Positions 45,353-62,937 of a stretch of 64,000 bases of DNA are shown in pieces (position 1 is the stretch's first letter; every line of letters starts with the position of its first letter). Source of the stretch: Piromyces finnis finn (taxonomy: Eukaryota; Fungi; Neocallimastigomycota); contig MCFH01000029.1 in the NCBI GenBank assembly GCA_002104945.1, positions 310,001 through 374,000 on the forward strand, given 5' to 3'. The translations under genes were made by a program, and so were the position numbers. The notes under the pieces are model-generated. The model was given only the letters and a program-made list of their open reading frames with translations. It did not search any database and was not told the origin of the DNA.

Positions 45353-46638
45353 TTAAAATTTGTAGTTTTCTTTATCAACAGATGAATGTAAGTTTCCTTC
45401 TTTTTCCTTTTCACTCATATTTGGATTGTTAAGACGATTTAATAAATATTCTAATTCAACTTCTTTTGTTAAAGGCATAATAAAATCACGATATAATTCT
45501 GGGATAATAATTGGTTGAATTTTTAAGTGTGGTGAATCATTATCTTTGAATTCAATATCTTGACCAAAAGTTCTAGCTTTCTTTTCAACACGAGTTAATA
45601 ATTTTCTTTCAACATCTTCATTTGTTAAAAGTTCGTATATTTTATCCTTTTCCTGATTTGTAATTAATTTAACATATTCATCATGGTATTTTGGATCAGT
45701 AAATTTTGCTTCGGCAACAAATTTTCCTAGAATTTAATTTATTAGAAATTATTTATATAATAATAGTTAGAAATAATAGAAAAAAAAATGATAAAAAGAA
45801 CTTTTACTAACCAAAATGAATTCTTCTAGATAAAGCTTGTAAACAACTGGTATCAATAGTAGCAGAAGAACCATAATTTGAATCGTCTTCAATATGACAA
45901 ATTCTTGGAACAATATTATTAATGTAACTATCCCAAATTTTTTTGTTAACATTAATATTATTTGGATGTAAAACTTTTGGATAATCTAAATTTGGAAGAA
46001 TTGGTTTTTGGATTTTATCAAAAAATGGAAGTTCATCAGGACTAAAAATTTATTTAATAAATATTAAAACTCTATATTTTTATTTTTTATAATTGTGATT
46101 TTTTTTATATTTAAATAAAATACCTATCATATCTTCTAATTGAGGCTTATTAATTATTTTTTTATTTAATTATTTTTTTATTTAAAAATATTAATATTAA
46201 TAAAAATATGTTAATTAAATAGAAATTAATTTTGAATTTTAGACATTAAAATACTTATATATGTCAACGATAAATACAATCTAAACTTTCTCTTTCTTTT
46301 ACATAGTATTCTAAGAATGAACCATTGAAATCCTTAAAACCAAACTTGTTATTTTCATATATAATCTTATTTTTACCAAATTGAGATCTTTCGATAAGTT
46401 CTATTTTTAAAAACAAATTGTCAATTTATTATATTGCTATATTTCTTTTAATATATTAATACTTACGAAAAATGATGGTATCTTCAAGACGAATTAAAGT
46501 TTGTCTAACCTATATAAAAATATAAGTAAGTTTATAAATAGCTATTTAGATTTTTGATTAATCCTAATAACAAATTAATATAATAATAAAAATGATCCAT
46601 ACTTTTTCAAGAGACATTTCACCTTCAAAAAAATTCAT
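45353..46638 (-). CDS. ARO7: Chorismate mutase (eukaryotic AroQ type), multi-exon
   Basis: [34 protein letters not shown]...IRRYDSPDELPF...[23 protein letters not shown]...[17 protein letters not shown]. Confidence 0.95.
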
Positions 46639-47961
46639 TTTATTTTTATAATAAATAACTCTATACTTAAAATCAATGATAAATATAATATTTCTATTAA
46701 TTGCTTTTATTCATCTATACTATTATTAACTAATATGTAGGAACTTACCTTTCTTTTATTAAAAAGATGTAATTAACCTATTTATTTTTTAATTAAAAAA
46801 ATATTAGAAATTTTATTTTTTTGTAATTATAAAAGTAATTATATACTATAACCAATCATTATAAATATATATGTCTCCAAAAAATAAAAGGTTTAATTAA
46901 AAATCTACCTTTTTTTTATTATTTATTAAAAGTGATTTTACATTTAAATAAAAAAATTAAAAAAAAAAGAATATATATAAAAAATAAAATATATATCATT
47001 AATTAATTAATTAATTAATACGATTACTTTTATTTTAGCATCATGTTGACCTTCACACATTCATATAGATTTTCAATCTTGCAATTTTTCGCTATGGATT
47101 AAGATATGTACACTAGAAATATAGAAATATATTTGTACTGATCCAAAAGAGCATTTATGCTTTTTAATAATTTTCTTTTATTTTTAATTAAAAGAAAAAA
47201 AGTTGATATAGTTTCTAAATATTTACTAGATAAAAAATAAAAAAAATACATATGTTATGTTTCGAATATTATTTTTGAAAACACATGGCAAAGTTAATAA
47301 AAAAAAAATAGTAAGATTCTTTTACAAAAAAAATTATTAATAATTAAATAAAATTACTATATAATATATTTATTTAAAGATAAAAATTAATGAAATAAAA
47401 TTATATAATATATATATATATAATCAAAATTACTATCAAAAATGTTAATTGTAAAATAAATTTAATTAATAAATAGTTTTATTAATAAGGTTAAAATGTT
47501 AACAAGAGTAAAAGTTATAAATATTACAGTTATACTGAGTAATGTTATGTAACTATATAATAAAATGACACGTGTGTTAATAAATATTATGATATAGATA
47601 AATAAAAATATGTATCTATAAACATTCCCATTTATTTTTTATTTTATTTATATTAAAAAAAATATTAATTTATAAATAATAAACTAACCCTAAAATAGAA
47701 GGTTAAAGGTTAAAAATATTAAAAAAAAAATAAAAATGTAATAATTTCCGAGAAAAATGTATCATTTAAATATATTTAAATAATATATATTATAATTAAT
47801 GAAGTTCTTTAATTATAAAAAATCTTTTCAGTATTTTATATATTTATTATTAATGAAAATTTAATAATATTATTATAATTTAATAATATTATTATACATA
47901 TATATATATATATATATTTTTATTTTTCGAAAAATAAAATAATCAATATTCATTATTGAGA

Positions 47962-48838
47962 ATGAGTGACAAAGTTAATCAAAAAAATAAAAATGTTGTT
48001 CATGATGATGAAATATGGTAATTATTTATTATATTATAATAATAATAATAATTATGTTTCGAACATATATATATATATATATATATAAGTAATACATATT
48101 CATATTTAATTAATGAAGGAGACAAACTGTAAAGTTTGAAAAAGACACAGCCCAACAATGGAATAGTAGTTGGGGGTTTATGACTGATTCATTATATGGA
48201 GTAATCACATAAGGATATATTTTATATAAAAAAATTTGAAAATTAGTTAATAATAATTTATTTTTATAAATTTCTATAATATTTAATAAATTTTAAATAT
48301 ATAACACAAAATATATTATTATTATTGTTATAATATAAAGAAAGACAATAATATAAAGGAAAAATCCTTTTTACCTGAAATAGAAAATACAAATTCAGTA
48401 TTTCCTGTTAGAAAGAATAGAAAACGTCCATCAATTATAAAGAATTTTCTTTTAACATATCAAATAGAAAAAGCTATGAAATATGAAGCCCCAATAAAAA
48501 ATTATACATATCCATATTCGACAAATACAGAAATTGGATGGCCTTGGTGTAATGGATTTTCTAATGATAATACATTAGATAAATCAAATAATAATAAAAT
48601 TTTCGATTATCTACCGAAATGTCAATGCAGAAATGGTGTTCTTTCGGTTTCTAATGAAGATAATTGTGATGAATATAAATATAATTTAGATAGTAAGGAT
48701 ATTGATGAACAAATTAGCACAAAACAATTTATAAAGAATGAAAAATTAATTGATAACATTCAAAAACATGGATCTGATCAATATAAATTAAGAAACCCAA
48801 TGAGATGGTGGGGAGGATGTATTGAATCACTTCCATAA
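47962..48838 (+). CDS. Probable ciliary/flagellar microtubule inner protein (CIMIP1/C20orf85/LLC1-like), 3 exons
   Basis: VVHDDEIWRQTVKFEKDTAQQWNSSWGFMT and PYSTNTEIGW resemble remembered C20orf85 (VGQDEIWKYRLKAESEARQNWPQNWGFLT ... PQTTQGFIGW). Confidence 0.6.
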
Positions 48839-49326
48839 TTATTAATTATATATAATTGAAGTAATTTAATATATTATTTTTGCTGTTTTTTTTTTTTTTT
48901 TTTTTTTTTTAAACTATTTTATATTTTTTAACATAGTTATTACTAGTAAAAATATTTTTATTAATATAACATTATCTTTATTGATTAATATTTTATTATT
49001 ATTTTGTTTCTTTTCAAAATCAAGCAATTACAATATTAATAATACTTTCATTTCTATAAAAGAACAATAAACAATAAAATCATTTAGCATTAATATTCTA
49101 TCATAATAATTTTTATCATATATGTATTATTTATATGAATATAAATATGAATAAAATTGGTAAAAATAAAATTTTTAAAAAAAAAGAAATAGAAAAAAAC
49201 ATTACAATAAAATGATATAATAATATATTATATAATAATTAGAAACAATACATCTATATTTAGTTCTATATAAATATTTAAAAGTTAATAAAACTTTAAT
49301 GGAAGAAATCAAAATTACTAGCTTTT

Positions 49327-52300
49327 TTAAAATTCATCTTTTTTCTTTAATAACTCGGTTAATTCTTTTTGATTTGGACAATGATCTTCTAACATCATAT
49401 ATGGCCATGATATAATAGGTGTATTTTCATTTTGAAGTAATTTTGGTTTTTCTTCTTGAATAGTTGGTGCAGCTATTGGTACAGAAGACATAAGTCTAGC
49501 TCTTATTTGTTCTATAGTTTCTGGAACTGGTGTTGGTATAAATATTTGGTCAATTTGAGGTTTAACAATCATAATTCCTTTATTGTAATATGTATCTTGT
49601 AATTCTCTAGCTTCTTCTACTTTATTAAATTGTAATAATGCTTGACATAAAGATTTTACACTTTCATGAATATCATCTAATCTTTGAATAGTTTTTCTTA
49701 AAGAATTAATTAAATAACCTTCTTCATATATACTTCCCTTTTTACCTTTCATCATCTTACGTTGGAGCTTGCGACGTTTTCTTCCTCCTTTACCAGTATT
49801 AATACTAGCTGTAGCTGCTGTCATTAGAGAATTTGCTAATGTATAAGCAGTAAATCCTGTAAATTTACTTGCCATTGACATAGTATCCGGTAATATATCA
49901 ATATTATTGTTATTTGTAGAACCATCTAATGTACGTTCATCCATTTTAAAGATTTCTCCGGATTCTAATTTTTTTTGCTTTTCGATTCTAATTTCAATAA
50001 GACGAGAAGCTTGTTTTGTATAGAGTTCCATATATTCTTTTATTGTTGTAATTAAACGAGATTGTCCAGATATAAGCATAGAGATTACTTGTGTTTCTAA
50101 TTCAGACTGAAGATTGTGCTTAAAATAAAGTCTTACAGCTTCAAGCCATTTGCCTGATTTTAAGAAGTAATTAACAGCTTCTTTTGGTTTATTTAAATAT
50201 TCAATATAGATATAAGCTGCATCCTCATATAATTTTTCTTCTTGAAATTGTTCAATTAAATTATTGGCAATTTCGTTTAGCTTTTCTTTATCATAATTCT
50301 GAGATGTAGCAATTGTAAATATTTCTCTCCATTTACCCGTTTTTTGATAATACTCGATAGCTTTGTCATATTCTTTTGCCATCCAAAAAGCCAAACCAGC
50401 TTGATTAAATAATTCATTAGATGCCAAATATTCAGCATATATTGAAAGAACATTTAAATATTTCTTTTCGTCACTTTTGAAAATTTTCATAGCTTCATTA
50501 TAAAGGAAATGTTTTTTAATATAGTTTAAACAATCATTAAAGTATTTTTCTCCAGACATACTTAAACATTCTAGTGCTTTTTCATACTTTTCCAAATAAT
50601 CATTTATTTTGAAATGTTGATAATTAACTTCCAATTTTTGTAAATTTTGAAGGAATGGAATATATTCACGAGGATCTTTTTGAGATTGTTGAGCAATCAT
50701 TAAAACCAATTCAAAATCATATAAACTTAATGCAATATTATATAATTTATCTACATTAACTAAGAATATAATATATTTAATAGCTTTTTCAGCTAATTCC
50801 GGCTTATTATCATTTTTAATAGACTTAATACAATACAAGGCTTCTTCAAGTTGAGGAGGTTCACTCTTAACATATGAAGTTAAAATTGGTTGAACATATT
50901 TTATTTTGTCAATAGATTCGAATGTTTTTCTAATAGCTTTACAAATTTTATTTACTTTATTTTCAGATACTTTTTGATTTGTAACTAATGACAATAAATT
51001 ATTGTCTACTGTATTACTTATGCTAACGACATTTTGTAAATTAATTCCTAATGGATTTATTGGTTTTGTATTTGTTGAATAGTCCTTCATTTTATACATA
51101 CCTTGTGTAATATCCTCATTCTTTAAACCAGAAATAAATAAATTAAAGTAATCTTGATTATCAATTTGTTTAACAAACATTTCAATATTTTCAATAAATT
51201 TTTCTAAGTTGTGATCACAAAGAATATTCATATCAATACGGTGTTTCCTACACATAATTAATGCATCTTTATAATTATATTTGTCAAGTAGATTACGAAC
51301 TTTCATTAATACCAATGCACGTGGGCATACTGTTTCGAGATTTCCTCTTGGCATCTGTAATACAAGTGAAATGTTTGACTTTACTGCAGCAACAATTTTT
51401 GATCCACGTTCCACGCGTCTTATTGACTCATCAAATATATTTGATATATTGCTTCTATCGTCAGTAATTTTGAAATTTTCGAACGGTATATTCAATGGAA
51501 GAAAGCGAGCTGTATGTGTCATTGTAGTGAATATTAAATAATCTGAATGAATATAAAATGATGTACAATTTGATACTATTAAATTTTCATTAGCATATAA
51601 TCTATTTCTTGCTGTTAATCCAATAACACATTTTGTCTTTTGTTCATTCTTTCCAATGTAAGTTACAGCCAACCATGGACAGATGTCATTTAATTGTAAA
51701 CACTCTTCAAATGGTTTATATGCTATATTAAAATCACTATCAATTTCAATTGAATATAATGAAGCGTCTGTACTTTCAATTAACATATCCTTTGTAGAAG
51801 AATTACAAATTAATCTTACAATTTTGTTATTATCATCATCAAACTTCTTTTCAGAAGTTTTAATAATTTTAATATCATCTTCAATTTGCTCAATTTTAAT
51901 GCATAGAAGTTTTTCTACATTATTATCTACATTTAAGTCATGAGCTATAGCAATTAATGTATCTTCATTAATCCAAGTTAATTGGCGATAATGAATATTT
52001 TCTCCAGGAAGTCTTTTTATTTTTTACATTATATAAGAATAAACTTAGAATAATTAAAATTATAAAAAATAATTTAAGTTTTACAAAAATTTTGTTAATT
52101 TTTTTTAAAGTTACCTTAATTTACCAATTATTGATGGTCCTGCTATTGGTTTACTTTCAATATTTGATTTAAAGAATTGAACTGTATTATCAGAAAGTAA
52201 TACACAGAAATCATCACCAATATTAAATGGAGCAAATGATATATAAGAAGCATTTCCTTCAAGATCAGTTTTAAATGACGCCATTGGTGGTGGGACATTT

Positions 52301-54339
52301 TGATATCTAAATGGCGTATATAATGCTTCTTTACCGTCAATTACAATTACAGTTGCTGGATCGTCTTCTGATACAAAAGTTGAGCTGAATATACACCATT
52401 CATAGTTGTATTGTAAATACATGTATTTAGTTGTCATTAAATGAAGACGTAATGGTTTTTCTGGATCCCATTCCATAGAAGAAACCATTCCTAAATCATT
52501 ATTAAATATATGTTCTTGCTTTAAATACCAATGATAATTGTTCATTGACCATATTTGAACTTTATTAAATTATAATTAAAAATAAATAAATAAATAAGTA
52601 TATATAAATATATATAGATATTAATTGTTAATTTTGTTTTTACTAATAATTAAAGTAGAAAACTATTATTAATAACTACTAACCAACTGATTCCTTTTTT
52701 TCATTATTATTATCCATTCTTTCCATCCATAATGCTAATACACTCGAATCAAAATTCCATAATACTTCAATAATCTATTAAAATAAAAAGTTAATTATTA
52801 TATTAATTTTATATTATTATTAATTTTTATGAATTTTTTTTATTTCATTTCTTAAAATACCTTTGTTGATAATGGTTCTCTTATAGTGAATTCTCCATGT
52901 TTTAAACCGTTTCTTTCTAAGAAAATTATATTATGTTTGTGTGAGAATCTTTGACTTGTAGCAATAAGATTACCTGATGGTCTTTTATTGAAATTTTCAT
53001 TTTGATTAAAGTAAAATATTAGATAATTAAGATTTTCGATTAATTATTAATTATTTATATTTTAAATATAAATATATACCTCCAACATAAAGTATGTTCA
53101 AGCTGGTCCATTATTTCATTTGTAGATTGAAGAACACAATCACGGTTATATACTCTAATTTTTCTTTGTTCAATTTTGTCTATTAAATTTCATTTTTACA
53201 ATTAATTATTATTAATATTTAAAAATTATAATTTAAATTATTTATTTATATAAATATAAATGATAATACCATCGTAGCCTACAGAAGAACAAACAAAATA
53301 TTCTCCATCACCTCTCCATGATACTCTAATTTTGAAATCATCATCAATTGATAATTTAATTTTTGTTTTATCAATTTTAATCTTTGCTTTTTCTTTTTCT
53401 CCTGCACCATGGAATTGTGTTTCTTTTTTACCCCAACCAACATTGACTTGCATATCTTAAGTTTAAAATCATTGTTAATAAAATATTCCAAATAAAAATT
53501 TATATTATTTTAGCATAGGTATAAAATAAAATTATAAAATATTTTATAATATAATATATGTGCTTTACCTTCACCAAAATTATCAACTTCAATTGGAATT
53601 TCATTCAAAACATCAAAAAACTTATTCATTTCAATTATTTTTTTATCACCTATATGAATATAGAAAATAACATTATATTATAATAAGTAATAAGACTTCA
53701 ATACCAAACAATGCAATGTATAAATTACATAGTATTATTTTACCTGTTATAAATATTACAATTTCTTGATCTGGACTCCAACTCATACATAATATACCCG
53801 AATCTATACTTCCAACACATTCGTTCTGAATTATTATTTATCATATATTATATTAAAAATAATCCATTGAAAAATAATATTAATCTTATTTTTAGTTTAC
53901 CTCAACATTTTCCATTTGTGAATTTAATTGAATTGTATATATTTCCCCGTTACTAAATGCTGCACAAATTGTTTGGTTTTCATAGAGGACTTGTAAACCA
54001 ATTATTGCATTTTCACTTGAAGAAGGATATGAAATTAATTCATTTATAATTTGTGAATTATTCTATATTGTATGAAATAGATTAATTATTATTATTATTA
54101 AAAATATAGTCAATTTAAAATGCTTTGTTATTAATTCTTTTAATTATATAAAAAATATTGAATATTACTTCTATTGAAATTTTAAAAATAATGTTTTCAT
54201 TTCTTGACTCAGAATAACATGCAACATAAACTGATTCATCATCAGTATTTATTGAAATATTACTTGGTAATTTTAATTCATCTTCCAAAAAAGGGATAAG
54301 TTTTGAATTAGTAATTGTTTGCAAAAATAAAGATCTCAT
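49327..54339 (-). CDS. ELP1: Elongator complex protein 1 (Iki3/IKAP), multi-exon with a ~2.7-kb terminal exon
   Basis: MSWSPDQE; [14 protein letters not shown]; [10 protein letters not shown]; WRPSGNLIA; NGLKHGEF; NNYHWYLKQ; [10 protein letters not shown]; [17 protein letters not shown]; [12 protein letters not shown]; basic C-terminal patch. Confidence 0.97.
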
Positions 54340-54660
54340 GATTTTAATTTAATTTAATAAAATATAACTGAGTAATTTTATAATATTACTTATACATCAA
54401 ATAATTATATAATTAAAAATAAATAAATTATAGAATATTTGTATTATGTAAATATGATAATAATAATAAATAATTTAATCAAATCAGGTTTTTCTAATTG
54501 AATTATTATTTTAACTTTAAATTTTTATAATAAAGAAAAAAAAGAAAAAATTTTATAGATCTTTAATTAATTTTATTGGATGCTTTTTTTTTTTTTCTAC
54601 AAAAATTTTTAATTTAAAATTATTATGATAAAAAATAAATTATTAAATAATATTAATACT

Positions 54661-54860
<200 letters not shown>

Positions 54861-54866
54861 ATTTAA

Positions 54867-58589
<3,723 letters not shown>

Positions 58590-59917
58590 ATCTATTATTT
58601 ATTTCTAGGATGCTCAAATTATATATAAAAGAAAATCTATATAATAAATAATAATAATAAAAAAAATTAATATAATTATTAAATAATAAAAATAAAATAT
58701 AATTATTTAAAATGCTATTAATAATATTGTGAATACTTTAATATTTATATAATTTAATTTTATAACTTTTATAACTTTTAAAATATTGAAAAAAGAAAAA
58801 TAATATGTAATTTTTTAATATATTTTTTTTTAAAATTTTTTTTTATCTTAATAATAAATTTTCAAAATTAATTAAATATATAAATTAAATTACTATAATT
58901 AAAAACTTTATAAAACTTTAATTATAACTGTTAATAAATAAATTAATTAATATATCAATGTAATTTTAATTTAATTGTTTTACAAATTAAAAACACAAAA
59001 ACAAAAAAACAAAAAAAAATAACAAGAATTATTTATAAATCAAAGAGAATAAAAATAAATTTATATTAAAAAATAAAAATTGATTTAAGTATTATAACTC
59101 AATGTATAATTTTATGAATAACTATTAATATTAATATTCATAGAAATGATATTATTATAATTAGTGTAATAATTCATGTGTTAGTCATAGTTTTGAATTA
59201 ATTTTATTATTGACAAAGTTTTACATAATAATCATATCATCTTTTTTATTTTAATTATGTATTAATAATTACTAATATATATTCATTATTATAATAATTA
59301 TATTTTCTTCTCCATAATCTCCATAAAGGATTAAAAAATGAATTAAATTCATTTTCTTTTATACTCTTAGCAGTATCATTAATATGACATTGTAAATCAA
59401 TTATATATAGTCTGTATTTAATCCCAAATTTCACTAAATTCCTTTTATTTAAACTTTTAAAATATCATTATTTATTAAAAAAACTTATTTTTACTTTATA
59501 TGATGCATATGATGTACAGAACTATTATTTTTATAATATTTATTCTATTAAGTAATTGAAATTATTAAATATTAAAAATATTAAATCATTAATGGGATAA
59601 TTTAAAATCATAATGTATATAAATATATTTACAATGAGTACTAATTTATTGAATCTTAGAATGAAGAATAAAATAAATTTTTTTTTTAATTAATAATTAA
59701 TAATTATATTTATATATTGTCTTTTTTTTTTTTTTTTTTATAAATATTATATAGGATAAAGAACAAAATTTAATAGATCTTTAATAAATTATTTGAATTT
59801 TTATAATTAATTTTTAGTGTTAAATTAATATATTAATTATATTTAAGGAAAAATATCACAGTCTAATAATATTTATTAAAATTTTATATGACGTTAAAAG
59901 ATATTAAAATCATTCAT

Positions 59918-62243
59918 TCATACAGCATAATTAACTTTTCTTCTTTTCCTTAATGAATATCCGGTACTTGTTTCGCTTCGTAAAATCATATTTTTTATTA
60001 ATTTATTATTGTTTCCTTTAGTTTTATTTTTATTTAAGAGATAAGATTTTTCTGTTTCTTTCTCATCAAGTATTTCAATTATTTCTCTTTTTGTTTCTTT
60101 ATTTTTGCTTTGGCTTTGAATATTGTCATTATATAATGCTTTATTATCATTTAACATTATAATTTTACCATTAGATAATTTATTGTTGGTTTTTTTATTA
60201 TCATCATATTTTTGTTTGCAAGTTAAAGCTTCATTATTTTCATTGATATTTTTATTTTTTGTTAACATCATTTTTCCATTACTTTCTATGCTGTTATTCT
60301 TATTTTTTTTGTCTTCTAAAATATTATTTTTATTATTATTAGTTATTTCTTTAATATTGTTTAAAACCTTTTTATTATCTTTTTTCTTTTTATTGTTGTT
60401 AATATTTCCACAGTAAATTGCTTTCCCCCATTTTGAAAATTTGTAATTTGGATCTATTATTAATCCTTCTGGAATTATAACTTGTCTATAATAATTAGCA
60501 CATTGATATCCTACCTATATTTCCATATACAATATATTTAATCGCTCGATATTTACAAAGTGATTATATAACGAGAATAAAAATAAAAGAATATATTAAA
60601 TAATAATTTTCTTTACCCTTTAATATTTATTAATTATTAAATTAAAAAAAAAAATTAATAAAAAAGCGTAATATTCATCATATTATTTACTATTTATTTT
60701 AATTTTCTATATAAGAAAAGAATGTACATTACCTTCTAGGAATATATGATGAAAAAATACCCCATTTATCACCACATCCATATTTTTTTGCTATTTTCAA
60801 AAAAATATCTTTTTCATTTTCATCCCAATCACCGAAATTCTCTTTATTACAGATACATTAATTATATATTATTTGCTTAATTACATAATATACTATTTTA
60901 TTTTTTCAGAATTTTATTAAATAATTATTTTTTTTAGTATTTACGTGTTAATCCTGGTTCAAGATGTCTATAGAAATAAGCATTAGGATTTTTTTGGAAT
61001 AATTTTGAAGCAACAAACTTAAGTATAATAAATTTATATATTATTAATTCAAAATATTTTTTAATTAATAATAATATTTAAAACAACCAAATCGTACTTT
61101 TGCCGAAGACCAATTTTTTGGTTTTACAGTCTTTACTTTTTCTTTATATTCTAATTATAAATCAAAATATTAAATATTAATTTAAAAAACTATATTAATA
61201 ATATTTATTAAATAGATTTTTTTTTACCTCCTAATGGATTATTTCTTGAATATTTTCCTCCTCCATTATTTTCCCATGCCTTTTAATATTAAGAACAATT
61301 AATTTAACTATTATTATTATTATTATTATTATTATTCCGTATATATATAAATTTTTATATAATAATACTTCTTTTGCAGATTTCTCGAAATGATACTTTT
61401 CAATTAAAGCTGGATTAATCCATCCTTGTTGTTAATTGAAATTTCAATGATTTTTTAATTTATATAATTAATATAAATGTAAATTGAAATTATTTTTATT
61501 TACTTATTTATTATTATTTTTGATATACCTTTAAAATGTCCATCAACTATAATTGCTTTTTTTCTTATTTCTTCAGTTAAATATTCATCTGCAGACAATA
61601 ATTGGTTATCCTTTGAAAGTCAACAATGATTATTTAATTTAAAATATTTTGTAATAATTCTAAATAATTTTATATCTGTTTTTACATACATTTTCTGAAT
61701 CTGTTTCATTTTCCTAAATTTTGTATTAAGTGCAATAATTAAAAAAAAAATAAAATAAATTTTATTATTCTTTTTAATTTATATTATACCTCATTTTCTT
61801 CAATCTTGTTTTCAACATTTGTTTGTAATTTTTTTGCTTGATTACGAGTAATTCTTTTAAATGCTGGCTTAACTTCAGCTATGTTTCTTTTTTTGTAAGT
61901 CTTTCTTTAGTTTAGTAAAAATAATTAAAATGAATAAAAAATATATTTTATTTTATTTTATTTGTAATTTATTGGAAATTAATTAATCTACTTTTTTTTT
62001 ATTTTTTCCTTTTCGGTTAAATCTTTAAATAATAGACTTGCACTTAGTAAATTTAATTCCTTTAATTTCTCTTGGTTTTTTCTAATATTTTCCAGTCTCT
62101 TTCTTTCATACTCATTAACATTTTCTTTATCTAATTAGTATAAAATTCATTGTTAATCGAATTATAAATTTTAAAATTATACTAGTAATTATTAAAATTA
62201 TTGTTTTCTTTAAGAACAATATTATTATTTATATCCTACCCAT
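59918..62243 (-). CDS. Myb/SANT-like domain protein of unknown function, multi-exon
   Basis: N-terminal EYERKRLENIRKNQEKLKELNL; NPNAYFYRHLEPG; FGDWDENEKDIFLKIAKKYGCGDKWGIFSSYIPRRVGYQCANYY (Myb-like W..W..Y spacing). The model requires a 1-nt exon at 60617. Confidence 0.75.
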
Positions 62244-62937
62244 TTCTAAGAATTTATATAAACAAGATATATTTTTTATAATTATTTCGATTCAATAATT
62301 GATATTTGATGTTATATTTTAAAAAAAATTAGTTTATAATTTGCTTAAATCTATATATAATAAGATTATCATATTTTTTTTATTCTTTTACATTACACAA
62401 AAAATCAAAAAATTTTAAATTATATTAATCTTTTTTTAAAAAAAACTAATAAATAAAATTTAAGTTAATATAAAACCTTGAATTATTATTAGCTGAAAAA
62501 AAAAGAATTGTATATGAGAAATGAATAAAATCAATTTTTTGTAAAATTAACATTGACAAAAAACTTTATAAAAATATATAAATTATAAAAAAAAAATAGA
62601 TCTATACTAAAATATCATAAAAATATATAATATATGATTTTTTTAAAATAATTTAATTTTTTAAAATTAATTAAACTTTTAATAAAAATCATTAAAAAAT
62701 ATATTAATTTTTATTAAATTCTTATTTCTTTTAGTATTATTAAATCTTTACATTTAAAAAATAATCTTTCTTTTTTTAAATAATTGAAATTAATTATTTT
62801 AATTATATTGACTGTATTAATAATAGTTGCTTAAAGAAAAAATTAGTAACAAAATAATAATTAATTTAATTTAATTATTATAAAAATAAATAATTGTAAC
62901 ATAAAAGTTTTCATGTAATTTAATCAATAAAGAGAAT

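Noticed and set aside
59255-59464. About 68-codon stop-free frame on the minus strand (..KFGIKYRLY..PLWRLWRRKY..)
   Set aside because: No in-frame ATG without invoking a 41-nt intron, and no recognisable motif. A few such frames are expected by chance.
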